Below are positions 53,501-64,000 of a stretch of 64,000 nt of DNA, one piece after another. The notes under the pieces were generated by a model. The model had not been told where the DNA came from. It was given only the letters and a program-made list of their open reading frames with translations, and made no database searches. A program made the translations under genes and the position numbers. Location of the stretch: contig JAHBMJ010000321.1 in assembly GCA_018398765.1 (NCBI GenBank), positions 1 through 64,000 of the forward strand. The letters run 5' to 3'. This stretch comes from Chromera velia (lineage: Eukaryota). The stretch's first letter is position 1, and every line of letters starts with the position of its first letter.

Positions 53501-56500
53501 TTCACTGTCTCCCTGCCTCTCTCTCTCTCTCTTTCTCTATGTGTGCGTGCGTGTGTGTGTGTGTGTGCGCGCGCGCGCAGGACAAGAGGGGGGCAGCTGC
53601 TGACTGAGCAACGTGCCCAGAGAGTCGGGTGGAAGCCCCACGCAGATCTTGTGGAGGCCCTCATTGGCGCCATCTTTCTGTCCAACTTCCGTCCCGACCT
53701 TTTGCTCCTCAGGGAGAAGCAGAGGAGGATGCACGTGAATCCATTCGCACCCCAAGAGGAACTGCGGGATTTGGTGGTGGGAAAGCGTCAGCGTCGGGAT
53801 CGGTTGATGGGACTGCCGAGCGGTTTGAAGAATCATTTGGAGGAAGATGATTGGGCGGAGAGGGGGGGGAAGATGGGGATTGAGAAAAGGGAGACAGAGA
53901 CAGGGGTGATCGAAACCGTGGAAGAGACGGAATCAGGGGTGATCGAAAAGAAGGACGACAAGGAGTCAGGGGTGATCGAAAAGGAGGAGGAGATGGACAA
54001 AGCTGTGAATGAAGAGAAGGGGGAGACGCAGACAGGGGTGATTGAAAAGAAGAAGGCAGCATTCCTGCCACTACGTCACAAAGCGGATTTTTTCTTCTGC
54101 GCCTCTGTAGCTTCTGCGGCTTTCTGTGACTCCTTCTGTCTCACGAATTTTCTTCCACCCCTTCTGGACCGTTTCTGGTGGGCCAAGTGGGGTGCTGCAG
54201 AGGAGGGGGGGCTCGCTCTTCCTGAGGACAAGTGGAGTTCCCTCTGTGTCCCTGGAGGGTTCATGAGTACGGAGGAGGTCGAGAAAATGTGGGGGTATAC
54301 TTTCAAGAACAAGAGACTGGTCACGGTCGCCAGGTCCCACAGATCTCTGCGGACGGTCAGTGAGTGCCCTAGGGAGGGACTCGGGGGACTCTCTATGGTT
54401 GGATTTTGTTTGGGGCGGGACTCTCTCGGATGTGAATGCGTTGCGTGTTTCGTTGTTGTTGTGTTGTTGTGAAGAAGTGGAATGCCGGTCCGTTTGTCCG
54501 TTTGTTGGTTTGTCCGGAGACGTGCAATTTCGTCGCTGAAGAGAAGGGAGGCGGCAGGCAACACAAATCGATGATCGAAGAAAATGCCTCAATCACCAAG
54601 ATGCATGCGTGGAGTTGCTGCGTGGGTGCATCTGCATCCTGGAGAGAGAAGAGAAATCTGAAAGACTGAATGCAATGCACACTTATGGGTTCACTCTTTG
54701 ATTGATTGATTCTGATTGAGTTGATTGAGGAGAGACTGCATGCAGGAGAATTTGGGGCGCACAGCGACGTATGAGCGACTGGAATTTCTCGGCGATGCTG
54801 TGCTGGAACCCTTGATGCGGTCCGTGTGCCTCTGTCTCTACGTACATGAAGAAAAGAAGGGAAAAGAAGAAACATATGGTCTGTCTGTCTGTCTGTCTTA
54901 TAATCGTTCTGTCCTGCCTTCCTGTATGGGTGTGCGGGGAACGATAGCGGTTCCTGTATTTTCCTTCTGTCCTGCTAATTTGGACATCTCTCTCTCTGTT
55001 GGTTTTTTCGTCGCCTTGATTGATTCTCTTCACCTGTTCCGTGTTGAAGGAAGGAAGGTCTTTTGAAGCGTTCCTTCTGCTTTCTGTGTCAAGATTCACC
55101 TGTTCTTTCTTCATGCACCCCTCTTTGGGATACATTTGTGCCCCCACACAATTTCATAATATGAGTCTCAATTTTCTCCTGAGTCCAGGTCCGCCTTACT
55201 TCTATGCGACCTTTGTTATTTTTCTGTTTGGATGGGTGAGCCTTCTATTGCAGCCTGCTTAATGGGTGAGCATGTGTATCTATCTCGGTGGATACGGGGT
55301 TGTGGGAGGAAGTCTTGGTGTGTACTCGGTTGCATGTGACGTTGTGAGTGAGTGCAGATACTTCCTCTTCGTGCACTTCTACGAACTTGACGAGAAATAC
55401 CTGGATCCGATTCGCCAGGCACTGGTGGGTTTCTTTCTTTCTTTCTTTCTCTTCTGCTCCCTTTCTTTTTTGTCCTCTTTCTTTCTGTCTGTCTACCTGT
55501 CTTTCTGTTCGCACTTCGTTTTGTGTGTTCATCTGATGGTTTTTTTTTTTCTCTCTTCTTTTGCTTCTCTTGTTTTTCTTCTCTTCTTTTTCTTCTTGTT
55601 GTTCTTGTTTTTGTTGTTGTGGTTGAGTCTGGTGAATACGCTTCCCTGTCTGCTTGCCTTCTTGCTTACCAGCCAGTCAATCCTTTCGATTTTGACCACT
55701 CCTCTGTGACTTCTGATCGCTGTGCCGACAATAGAGAGAAGAGAAAATCGTACCAGGCCCCTCCACCCCTCCATTGGATTCCTGTTTGGCAGGTGAGCAA
55801 CCGGTTCCTTGCCTGTATGATAAGTCGCCGTCTGAAGCTGACGGACACGGCGGGGAAGAGTATGACGGCCCCCCGTCTTGTTCTCCACAGCACCCCCGCC
55901 CAGACAGAGAAGCTCCGGACCTGGTGGCAGAAATACGACCCTGAGGGCCCGGACTCGCGGTTTGTCGACGAGCTGCAGTTCGTGAGGCCCGAAGTCCAAG
56001 CGTGGCTGGAGGCAGGGAAGTCACTGGGGGAGGCGGAGGAGTTAGTCAGGAGTGGGAAGTTTGTCGGAGACGAGGGGGAAGGGGAAGAGGGAGAAGGAGA
56101 CGAGGACGGGGAGGAGGGAGACGAGACTGAGGAAGGTCAAGGAGATGATTCTGGTCAGTCAATTAGCCAGGGAGTGTTTTTCTATTCAGTTCAAAAAGAG
56201 TGCGGCCATTCAAGAGAAAGAGACAGTCGAAGAAGCCCAAGCACAAGAATTCTGGCTGCATGGTATCTTGGGATTCCTTGAGACTCTCGCTACGGCCTCT
56301 ACGTAGTCTGATTGTCCAGCTATCTTTTTGCCAGCTGTTCTATTCTTCGTGCTGTACGTAGATTCCCTCCTTCATCGCTTTCATGATTCTGTTTCATTTT
56401 GCACTGAGTCTGTCTGATTTCTCGGGAACTCTTCTGCTCAGTGTCCGGCCTCTGCCCTCTCTCTCTCGATCTACCCTGCAGCCCGAAGCGCCGAAGCCGC

Positions 56501-58149
56501 AGCGGCGCGAGAGGTAGAGTACGACGCGATGGGAAGGAAAATGACCGCCCACCGCCGTAAAACCCAGGAGAAGAGAAAGCTGGCAGGGGTGAGGGACCAG
56601 GCAGACGGGTTCCCCCGCACCATGGCGGACATGTACGAGTCTCTGATTGCCGCAACGTTCATCGACACAGGCTTCAATTTTGAGGTCCGTCACGTTAGGG
56701 TGGTGCCTCCTTGTGTAATTCATGTCGTTCGATTGAGCAGTCAAGTGTGCATGGATGGTGTTTGTTCTTTTGGCTTTTCTTTCAAATGCACACCCGAAGA
56801 CGTTCTGGCAAGTCTGTGTGTTCGGGTCGACTCGAACTTCGAAGCAAAGAAGCATGGATGCGTGAACAAATTACACTGTAATCCATTCTCTCTCTCTTTT
56901 TCTTTCTCTACCCCCCCATGGCTGCATGCAGAAAGTCTGGGACGTGATCTCTCCCGACTTCGAGCGGCTCCTTCCAGACATCAAGGCGACAGTCGAGAGG
57001 ACCAAACAGAGGGAGAAGAGGTCGGTTCGAATCTTCTTCTTCTTCTTCTTGTTGTTGTTGTTGATTGTTTTTGCGCTTCTCTCCTGTTCAACTCGCGCTC
57101 TCGCACTTTCTTCTAGGGCTGTCTGGGGTGTTGCTTTTTTTGGTTGATTTTTTTTTACATAAGTGGAGTGTGCTTCGGACACTTTCAGTCTCATTCGGCT
57201 ACTCGCGTCTGCGGTGTGGCAACGCCAGTCTCTGAATATGTACACGCTGATTGCTCTTACGCAAAACAAAGAGCACTCAAGCATCAATCGGCGTTCATGC
57301 GCGTGTTGTTTTTTGTTTTTCTTTGATTCCTGGCATACTGGAGGGTGTTCATGTAATCTTGCCAGAATTTTTACTCTTTCTAGTTTGGGCTCGATGTGAT
57401 CCTCCTTTTCTCTCGCGTGAGCGTGCCCCTCTTGCAGATTTGACAAGATGCAAGAAGACAAGAAGGAACGAGAGAAGAACCGTCTCAACAATGCAGAGTT
57501 TGCCGCACAACACAAACTGAAGAAAAACCAACAGAGGGACAGACTGTTCGAGAGACGATTGGAGGAACAAATCGGACCCAAAACCGAACTCCCTCGCACG
57601 CTGGTCCACAATCAGGAGGAGAAGTCCTCCGCCTCCAGCAGCAAATCAAACAGCCGCCCCTCCAGCAGCTAAGAATAAACAGTCTGATCGATCGATCGAT
57701 GCGGGTGGATTTCTAGCTGTCAACCTCTTCTTATTGCAACACAAGGACCTTGCATGAAGATACCCAACACACACGCACTTTATTGATGCATGATTGATGC
57801 ATGGATACTGGATTGCTGCTTCGACGCACATGCTAGCAGGCCTTCTCCCAGATTGGTATTAGGTGAGTACCTCGATTAACCTTCCCCCCCCCCTTCCCAA
57901 GTCCCTGTGTGTGTGTGTCTGTGCAGGTACGAGATCCTGCAGAGGTCCCAGAAGGAGCAGAAGAGGAACTCCGTCAACGACATGGAGTTTGCCGAGGTGC
58001 TCCGAGCGAAGAAGAAGGCCAAGAGAGACGAGAGGAGGGAGAAGGAGTTCGAGAAAATGTACGGACCTAAGGTGCCCGTCTCCTTGCCTGTGGTTGCGGA
58101 CGAAGGCTCGGACGCAGAGAGCAGCATGAAGGCGAGAAGAGTCAGCTGA
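40382..58149 (+). CDS. DCL: Dicer-like endoribonuclease (DExH helicase, probable PAZ, RNase IIIa and IIIb), multi-exon
   Basis: Helicase motifs: LPTNTGKT, VFLAPKVPLVQQQ, LLVFDECHH, RVLGLSA (~41470), CIIFVNTR (~45665), TTVIEEGIDIPSCNLV (~46715), IQRRGRAR (~47310). RNase IIIa: NYQRLEWLGDSVLKF (~52845) and HADLVEALIGA (~53640). RNase IIIb: TYERLEFLGDAVLE (~54765) and MADMYESLIAATFID (~56622). Last exon ends with TGA at 58147-58149. An N gap at 41568-41773 hides part of the gene. Confidence 0.92.
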
Positions 58150-61100
58150 AGGAAGGAAGGAAGAGACCCACACACCTTCTGTGTGTGTCTACCATCTGTT
58201 TGAGAGGTCTGGAACAGAAAGGCGGTTAGGTATAGAAGGGGGAGTGTGACGGTCAGAAGAGACGGGTGGAGGGGAAGGAAAGAATGACGGTCATCCCACT
58301 GAAAGGTGAAAAAAAGCGAGGGGGGGCGAAGAGGAGAAAGAAAAAAGGAGTGGAAAGAGCTTCATTCGATGTGCGAGACTCGGAAATCACCCAGAGAAGG
58401 AAAAAGGCAGGCAGGAAGGAATGGAATGACCCTGTAAGGTGAGGGAGAGTGGGGAGAAGCGGTTTGGTGAGTTTCTTTCAATAAGCGTGAACGGTCAATC
58501 TTGTGCTTGATTTGCTGTTTCAGAATGTTCTCACGCGTGCCAACCGTGTCTTACTGAATCGTTGAGTGAGTCGTTCGACAAGTGAATGAATGAATGCGAG
58601 GGGAGGGAAGAAAAAAAAAATGTGTGAGTGAAGGAGAGTTCCTCCCTCCCTCCCTCCCTCTGTTGGAAGGAATCCGACTTGATCGAGAAGGTCCCCCCCC
58701 CCTTTCCTCTCGATCAGGGGGGACAGAGAGGATTTCTCCTTTCTTCCTTCCTCCCTGTTCTTTTCTCTTGGAACAAGGAGATGAGCAGAGAGGGGGGGGG
58801 AGAGAGCAGGATCGAAGCAAATGGTGACGAAGAAGATTGAGTCCGATTGGCATTTGATCGATTCGTCTGCTGATGTAATTTTTCATTTGGCGGGTTTCGG
58901 TATCTGCCTATTTGCCTTCAACCAAGCAGAGACAGACAAGTAGAGAGAAACACAAGCAGGGAGGGACACCCCCGAATTTCATCGATGCGGCGACAGACAA
59001 GACAGTCTTGACTGGAGGGATCAACGGAGAGGTAGGTGCCTGGGGTTGCTGCTACTGCAGACGCATCTGTTGATTGTGAACTAATCACTTTGCTGTGGTA
59101 AGAGGAAGCTGGGAAAGAACTTGGATTATTTTGTAGCTGCCCTCTCTTCTCTCCCTTGTGTACATGTTTAATTCTTCTTCTTCTCGACGTGTGTTGTCTC
59201 TTTCTTTGTCTTCTCCTGTGTGCCCAGCTTCATCTCATCTCATCTCATCTCATCTCATGTCGGCATCTGCTCCCCCAGTCCTTTCCTTTCGTCTTTCTGC
59301 TCCCCCCCTCCCTTTTCTGCATGCATGCGTGTCCTTTGCCCGTCTCCTTTTTTCTCGTCCAAGCTTCAAGTCCAAGGCTGTTTGTGCGTGCGTGCGTGCG
59401 TGCGTGCGAGTGTGCACTCGCGGGGAGATGTGCTGGGTGGACTGCTTATTTATTGTCTCTATGACTCTTGTCTTTATTTAATTGCGAGGGGCATGCAGAG
59501 GAGGTCGGCAAGAGACCATGCAAGTGTCTGGCTGTGCATGCATGGGTTCTGAAGGGAGGCTCCGAACCGAAGGGAGACATGCAGACACACAGAGATCGGT
59601 TGGAAGGAAGGAAGAAAGGAAGGAAGGGAGGAAGGAAGGAAGGAAGGAGGGAGGGAGGAAGGGAGGGAGGAAGGAAGGGAGAAGTGCAGAGTAAAGGGGT
59701 CCGAGTAGGGAGGGAGTCGAGGCATAAAGAAGAGAAGGAGAGGTCGAGACAAATCCTGTGTGTGTCAACAAAAGAAACGGATCCGTATCTGTGCCTGCAT
59801 GTCAACCCTGCATGTGCTTTTCATGCGGCGGTCGGTGCAGAAAGGTTATTTACGTGCTTGCTCTTTACTTAAGACAAGGGGGGGGCGCGAAAAAGAAAGG
59901 AAAGAAGGGAAAGACCCTCTTCTGCAAGAAACGGAAGGAAACAGCAGGAAGGTCTGTGCTCCATGTTCTTTCTCCACGTTTCTCTCCTTTTGCATTCTTT
60001 TGCCTCTTGCTCCTCTCCTCCCTCATCTTGGTACGTCTTTTCCTTCATCCCTCCCCCCTTTCCCCGTCCTTCCGTCTTGTTGCTTATTGCCTCTGTCTTT
60101 GCCCGTCACCATACAGGTCCTTTCGTGGTTGTCTGTGCGTATGCGTGAATGGAAGTAGACGAGCAGCAGGGCCGTCTGCTTCTCGTGTTGATGTTTATTT
60201 GAGGTGGAAGAGCGAGTGGTCCAGTGGGGGGTCAGATTTAGGAGAAAGCCGAAATGCAGATCTGGATTCATCGCGAACGTAAAAAGAGTCACGAGAGAGG
60301 GACAGCAAAAAGGCAGCGAAGGCAAGAAAGGAGGCAGAAGAAAAGAGAAAGACCTGTGAAACGTCATATTCGTGAGAGAGGGTCGTTCCTTCGTGAGTAG
60401 GTGAGTGAGCAACTAACTCAATGGACAGAACCCGCATCTTTGTGCACCGCGGCCACGGCGCTCATCTGTCCTTCGTTCAGTGTGTCTGCTCTGCTTGCTC
60501 GTTCGTTCTCTATTTAACAAAAGAATTTCACGACGAAGGAAACATAAAAAAGAAAAGAGAGGATAGGAAAAAATGCCGTGCAGAAGAAAAGGGGGAAGAA
60601 CTGAAAAGTCTGTTCTCTGTTCTCATTTCTGGTCTCCCCCACCTTTTCCCGGTTTTCCCTAAGTTCGTCTCTCGCACTTCCATTTCATTTTAGGCTCTAC
60701 TATCATCCGCATCACTTGCCTCTCCTTCTTCTGTGTAAGTTGTTTTGATGTCAGTACACGTCCGTGTGTGCGCGCATGTCAGCAACTGGCCCGAGCTCAG
60801 AGGACTGTTACTTGCATGTGTTTAAGTTTATTTAAGTGCAAAAGGCGAGTAGCCAAGACTTAAAAGAAGCTGTAGGGGACGATATTAAAACTGTGACTCC
60901 TGACAACACACTTAGACAAACCTAGGGACAAACATAGCAACAGCAAAAAGAGCACGTACCGAAGCGAACTATAATTCTAAAATAATGGTCAAGACTGCAT
61001 TATTACTACTAATGCAATTAATTAATGAATGGTAAGAAAAAAATTGAAAAGCAAAGAAGCACGGTTTCTGATTCGTTTTTAATGTAACCTAACGTAGAAC

Positions 61101-61199
61101 TAAGTGATAAGGAAGTGATAAATGATTTTAAGTGATTTATTGGTGCTATTAAATTGATGCCCCTGAGCACTATCCCCATTTTGTCTTATACAGGTCGCC

Positions 61200-63850
61200 C
61201 CCGCAAACGGCAGAATATCGGTGTTATAATATTGATTCCCGGCAGTAAGAGAGCTGGTGGGAGAGATATGGCAGGGACTCTGGGAGCATCATAGAGAAGT
61301 TGAACCATTCGAAGAGCCTCCCCTTCCCCCACCCCCTCCTGTGTCTTCCTCCCCACCCTCTTCAACAGCCTTTTTGCCCTCTTCTTTGACCTCCTCCCCA
61401 GTGAGCCCTCAAGATTAAGACCGGGTGAAAGCCTTGGCCACAGCCTGGTATCGGGTTTTGGTTAGGCCGGTGGAGGAAGTAATAGCGAAAGCGACAGAGA
61501 AGCAACAGCCTCCTACCTTTAAAACGTTGTTTAGAGAGAAGGAAGGGTAGTGAGATGAGGAATGTAAAGAGCTGCAAGAATGCCTGAAGAAAGTAAGGAA
61601 AGAAGTTGAGGACTGTGCAAGTGGGGTAGAGAGAGAGTTAAAGCAGGAAAGGGTGGAAAACATCTTAAAGAAAAGGAGAGAGATCTTCCGGCAGAAAAGG
61701 AAGAGATATGAGATAGCGAAAACTAAAAAAGCGAAGACACATTTGCTTAATGACCCCCTCTTCCTTTGGAAAGAAAGGAGAAAGTTGTCGAAAGACGGTT
61801 TGAGACCAGGGGCAAGAGACTTCTCAAACCATTGGGCACGGATTTTTGGGAAGGGCAAAGAATTGCCAGAGCCTGATCCGGAGCCGGAGCCCCCGAAGTA
61901 ATTCATTTTCTCGTATAAGCAGGTGACTGATCGTCTGAAAGGAATGGATAGAAAGAAAGCGGCAGGGCTCGATGGTATCTCTCCTCAACAACTCGACCTT
62001 TGCTTTTGTCACTCTCCCATCTCTCGCTTCCTTTTGTTTGTTTTCTTTAATTTAATGTATGCATATGCATGTTGGCCTGATAACTGGAATTTGTTGAGAA
62101 TCGTACCCGTCCCAAAAGGTCCCCCTTCACCACAGCCGAATGACTAGCGTCCAGTCCATGTCGTTAGCCCCCTTGCAAAGCTCTTTGGTCTCCTTATGGA
62201 TGATCGAATCCGTCAGTAAGCTCGTTTTAACGACAGACAGATCGGGTTTAGATGGGCACAAGAGAGGGGATCGCCGATTCGGAGCAGTAGTAGGCTTGGT
62301 ACAGGAATGCAGAAGAGGCAAGAAGGGGCTCCTGGGCAGATTTGTCGACTTCTCAAAGACGTTTGACTCCATCCCTCGGCTGAAGCTTCTGGCAAAGCTG
62401 CAGGCTGAAGGAATAGAGAAGAGAGATCTGTTGATGATTGCATCAATGTATAGAGGCATGAAAGCGAGAGTCGATGGGGACTCGGTTCTATTCCCGGAGG
62501 GAGCAGGGGTTAAACAAGGTGATACGTTGTCCCCGTCGCTTTTTCTATTATTCATTAATGACCTGCATGATGAGATTCAGAAAGGAAAACGGGGAGATGG
62601 AAAGGAAACGGAGGGAGTTCACCTTGCTGGGGCTAGTTTGGGAAGTATAGGCTACGTTGATGATCTTGTCTTGTTTGCACACTCAGCAACCAACCTTCAA
62701 GCAAAATTTGATGCCCTGGAGGGGTATTACGGAAAGTGGGGGTTGAATATCAATCTGAAGAAAACCAAGGTCCTGCGCCTTTGTGAATACCGCAAGGACT
62801 GTAACGGCATGATTTTGTACCAAAGGAAGGAAGTAGACTGGTGTGATCAGTACAAATATTTGGGTTGCCTTCTGTTTGAGGGAGGGGATTTGACTTGGTC
62901 GATTGAAGCACGCCTACGCAGTGCAGAGCGTACAATTGGGGCGGTGACTGGTCTGGCTGCGAGTCTGTCTGGGTTGCCTCTCGGGGGAAAGATGCAGCTG
63001 CTGAAGGTGTGCTGGGAGCCGGTAGCACTCTATAGCCTAGAGTGCTTTCCGATAAGACAGGGAGACTGGGAGGCGATTGACAACTTACGGCTCCGGTTTG
63101 TTCGATGGGCGGCCCAACTTCCGGTCAGGAGTTTGCGTGTACCCTCTCTTTTGTCTATTAATTTAATGTCTGCTCGCGCGCTCTTGTGTGCTCGTTTTGC
63201 TTCATTCTGGATTGCACTTAGCCGTTCGTATCTCCGTATTCCTCAGGCTTTTTTGAATTCATGGAAGGGACCTGGCGGGTGCCAGCGGGGTAGAAGCAAA
63301 GAAGAGCCGTCAATGGTCTGTTCAGATGGGCAGGCTTTAACTTTTTGACGTCTCTCCCTGTCCGGAGCTCAGAAAAACGGGCCCCAAAGGGGAATTTGTT
63401 TGTTTCTACCAAAATTGAGGATGCCTGGGGAATGGAATGCATGAAAAGGGGAGACAAGGAAGAAAGGGGCAACTTCCTCCTGTCTGCTTCTTTATCAGGA
63501 CTACAGAGAGCTCTTCCGTCTTCTTCACGTTCTTTTCTATTTCTTTTGTCTTCAAAGAATGACCCTAAGGTACGGATGTCCTGTTTGCTGAGAAGTGCCT
63601 TATGTGAGAAGATTGAGCCACTCCTAGGGGCATTGACAGTAAATCGGAAGGGTCTGACGGGGGGGGCCAACTCTCCGGGAGAGGTGTTTTGTCTGGCAGA
63701 GGGTTGTTCAAATGAAAGAAAAATTGATGATCTCTGGCACCGGCTTTCAGTATGCTCTAATTAGGTAGAAGCAAGAAATAAACTAAACAAAGTGATAGAG
63801 GGAAAGAAAGTGAAGCAAAGGATTCAGAGAGAAGGAATTGAGGGATCGGA
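61200..63850 (+). mobile_element. Decayed, probably 5'-truncated non-LTR (LINE) retrotransposon
   Basis: RT motifs KAAGLDGI, IVPVPKG, FVDFSKTFDSI, GVKQGDTLSPSLF, GYVDDL, INLKKTK, YKYLG. A C-terminal Cys/His cluster (CLAEGC...HRLSVC) is present. Stops and frameshifts occur at ~61900, ~62145-62270 and ~63348. Confidence 0.9.
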
Positions 63851-64000
63851 TACAGCCGAAACAGAAGCGAGGAAGATGCTGCTTTTGGCTTTACAAGTCG
63901 ATCCGTATGAAGCATACAGAGCCGTTTGCCATCTTTGTTACTCACTGTGCACGCCTGTTTCTGTGTGAACGCGACCTTTTCTTCTTCTGTTCGAGTCTTC

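Noticed and set aside
58200..60800. Several ORFs downstream of Dicer
   Set aside because: Low-complexity, intron-like sequence with no supportable gene model.
1..64000. CRISPR arrays, tRNA/rRNA genes, prokaryotic operons
   Set aside because: No repeat-spacer arrays or recognisable structural RNA genes were seen; the sequence is eukaryotic.

Overview
Eukaryotic nuclear DNA, rich in introns and microsatellites. It most likely comes from a photosynthetic alveolate such as Chromera velia; this is inferred from an LHC gene with an ASAF bipartite plastid-targeting leader, GTCAGT-type donors and (CA)/(GA)/(GACA) microsatellite introns. From left to right it contains: a large ankyrin-repeat gene running off the left edge; a decayed gene joining HET(TIR-like) motifs to LRRs; a small intronless membrane-anchored ORF; a head-to-head pair made of a small single-TM thylakoid-targeted protein and a light-harvesting complex protein; a head-to-head pair of ALG8 glucosyltransferase and a TRAIP-like RING/coiled-coil/PIP-box E3 ligase; an ~18 kb Dicer-like gene (helicase, probable PAZ/connector, two intact RNase III domains); and a decayed non-LTR retrotransposon. 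Genes are separated by AT-rich islands strongly enriched in CTAG/TpA. A short dispersed repeat with a (GTCT)n tail occurs at least four times. Exon structures were inferred by eye from GT-AG sites and reading frames, so internal boundaries are approximate. No database searches were run.
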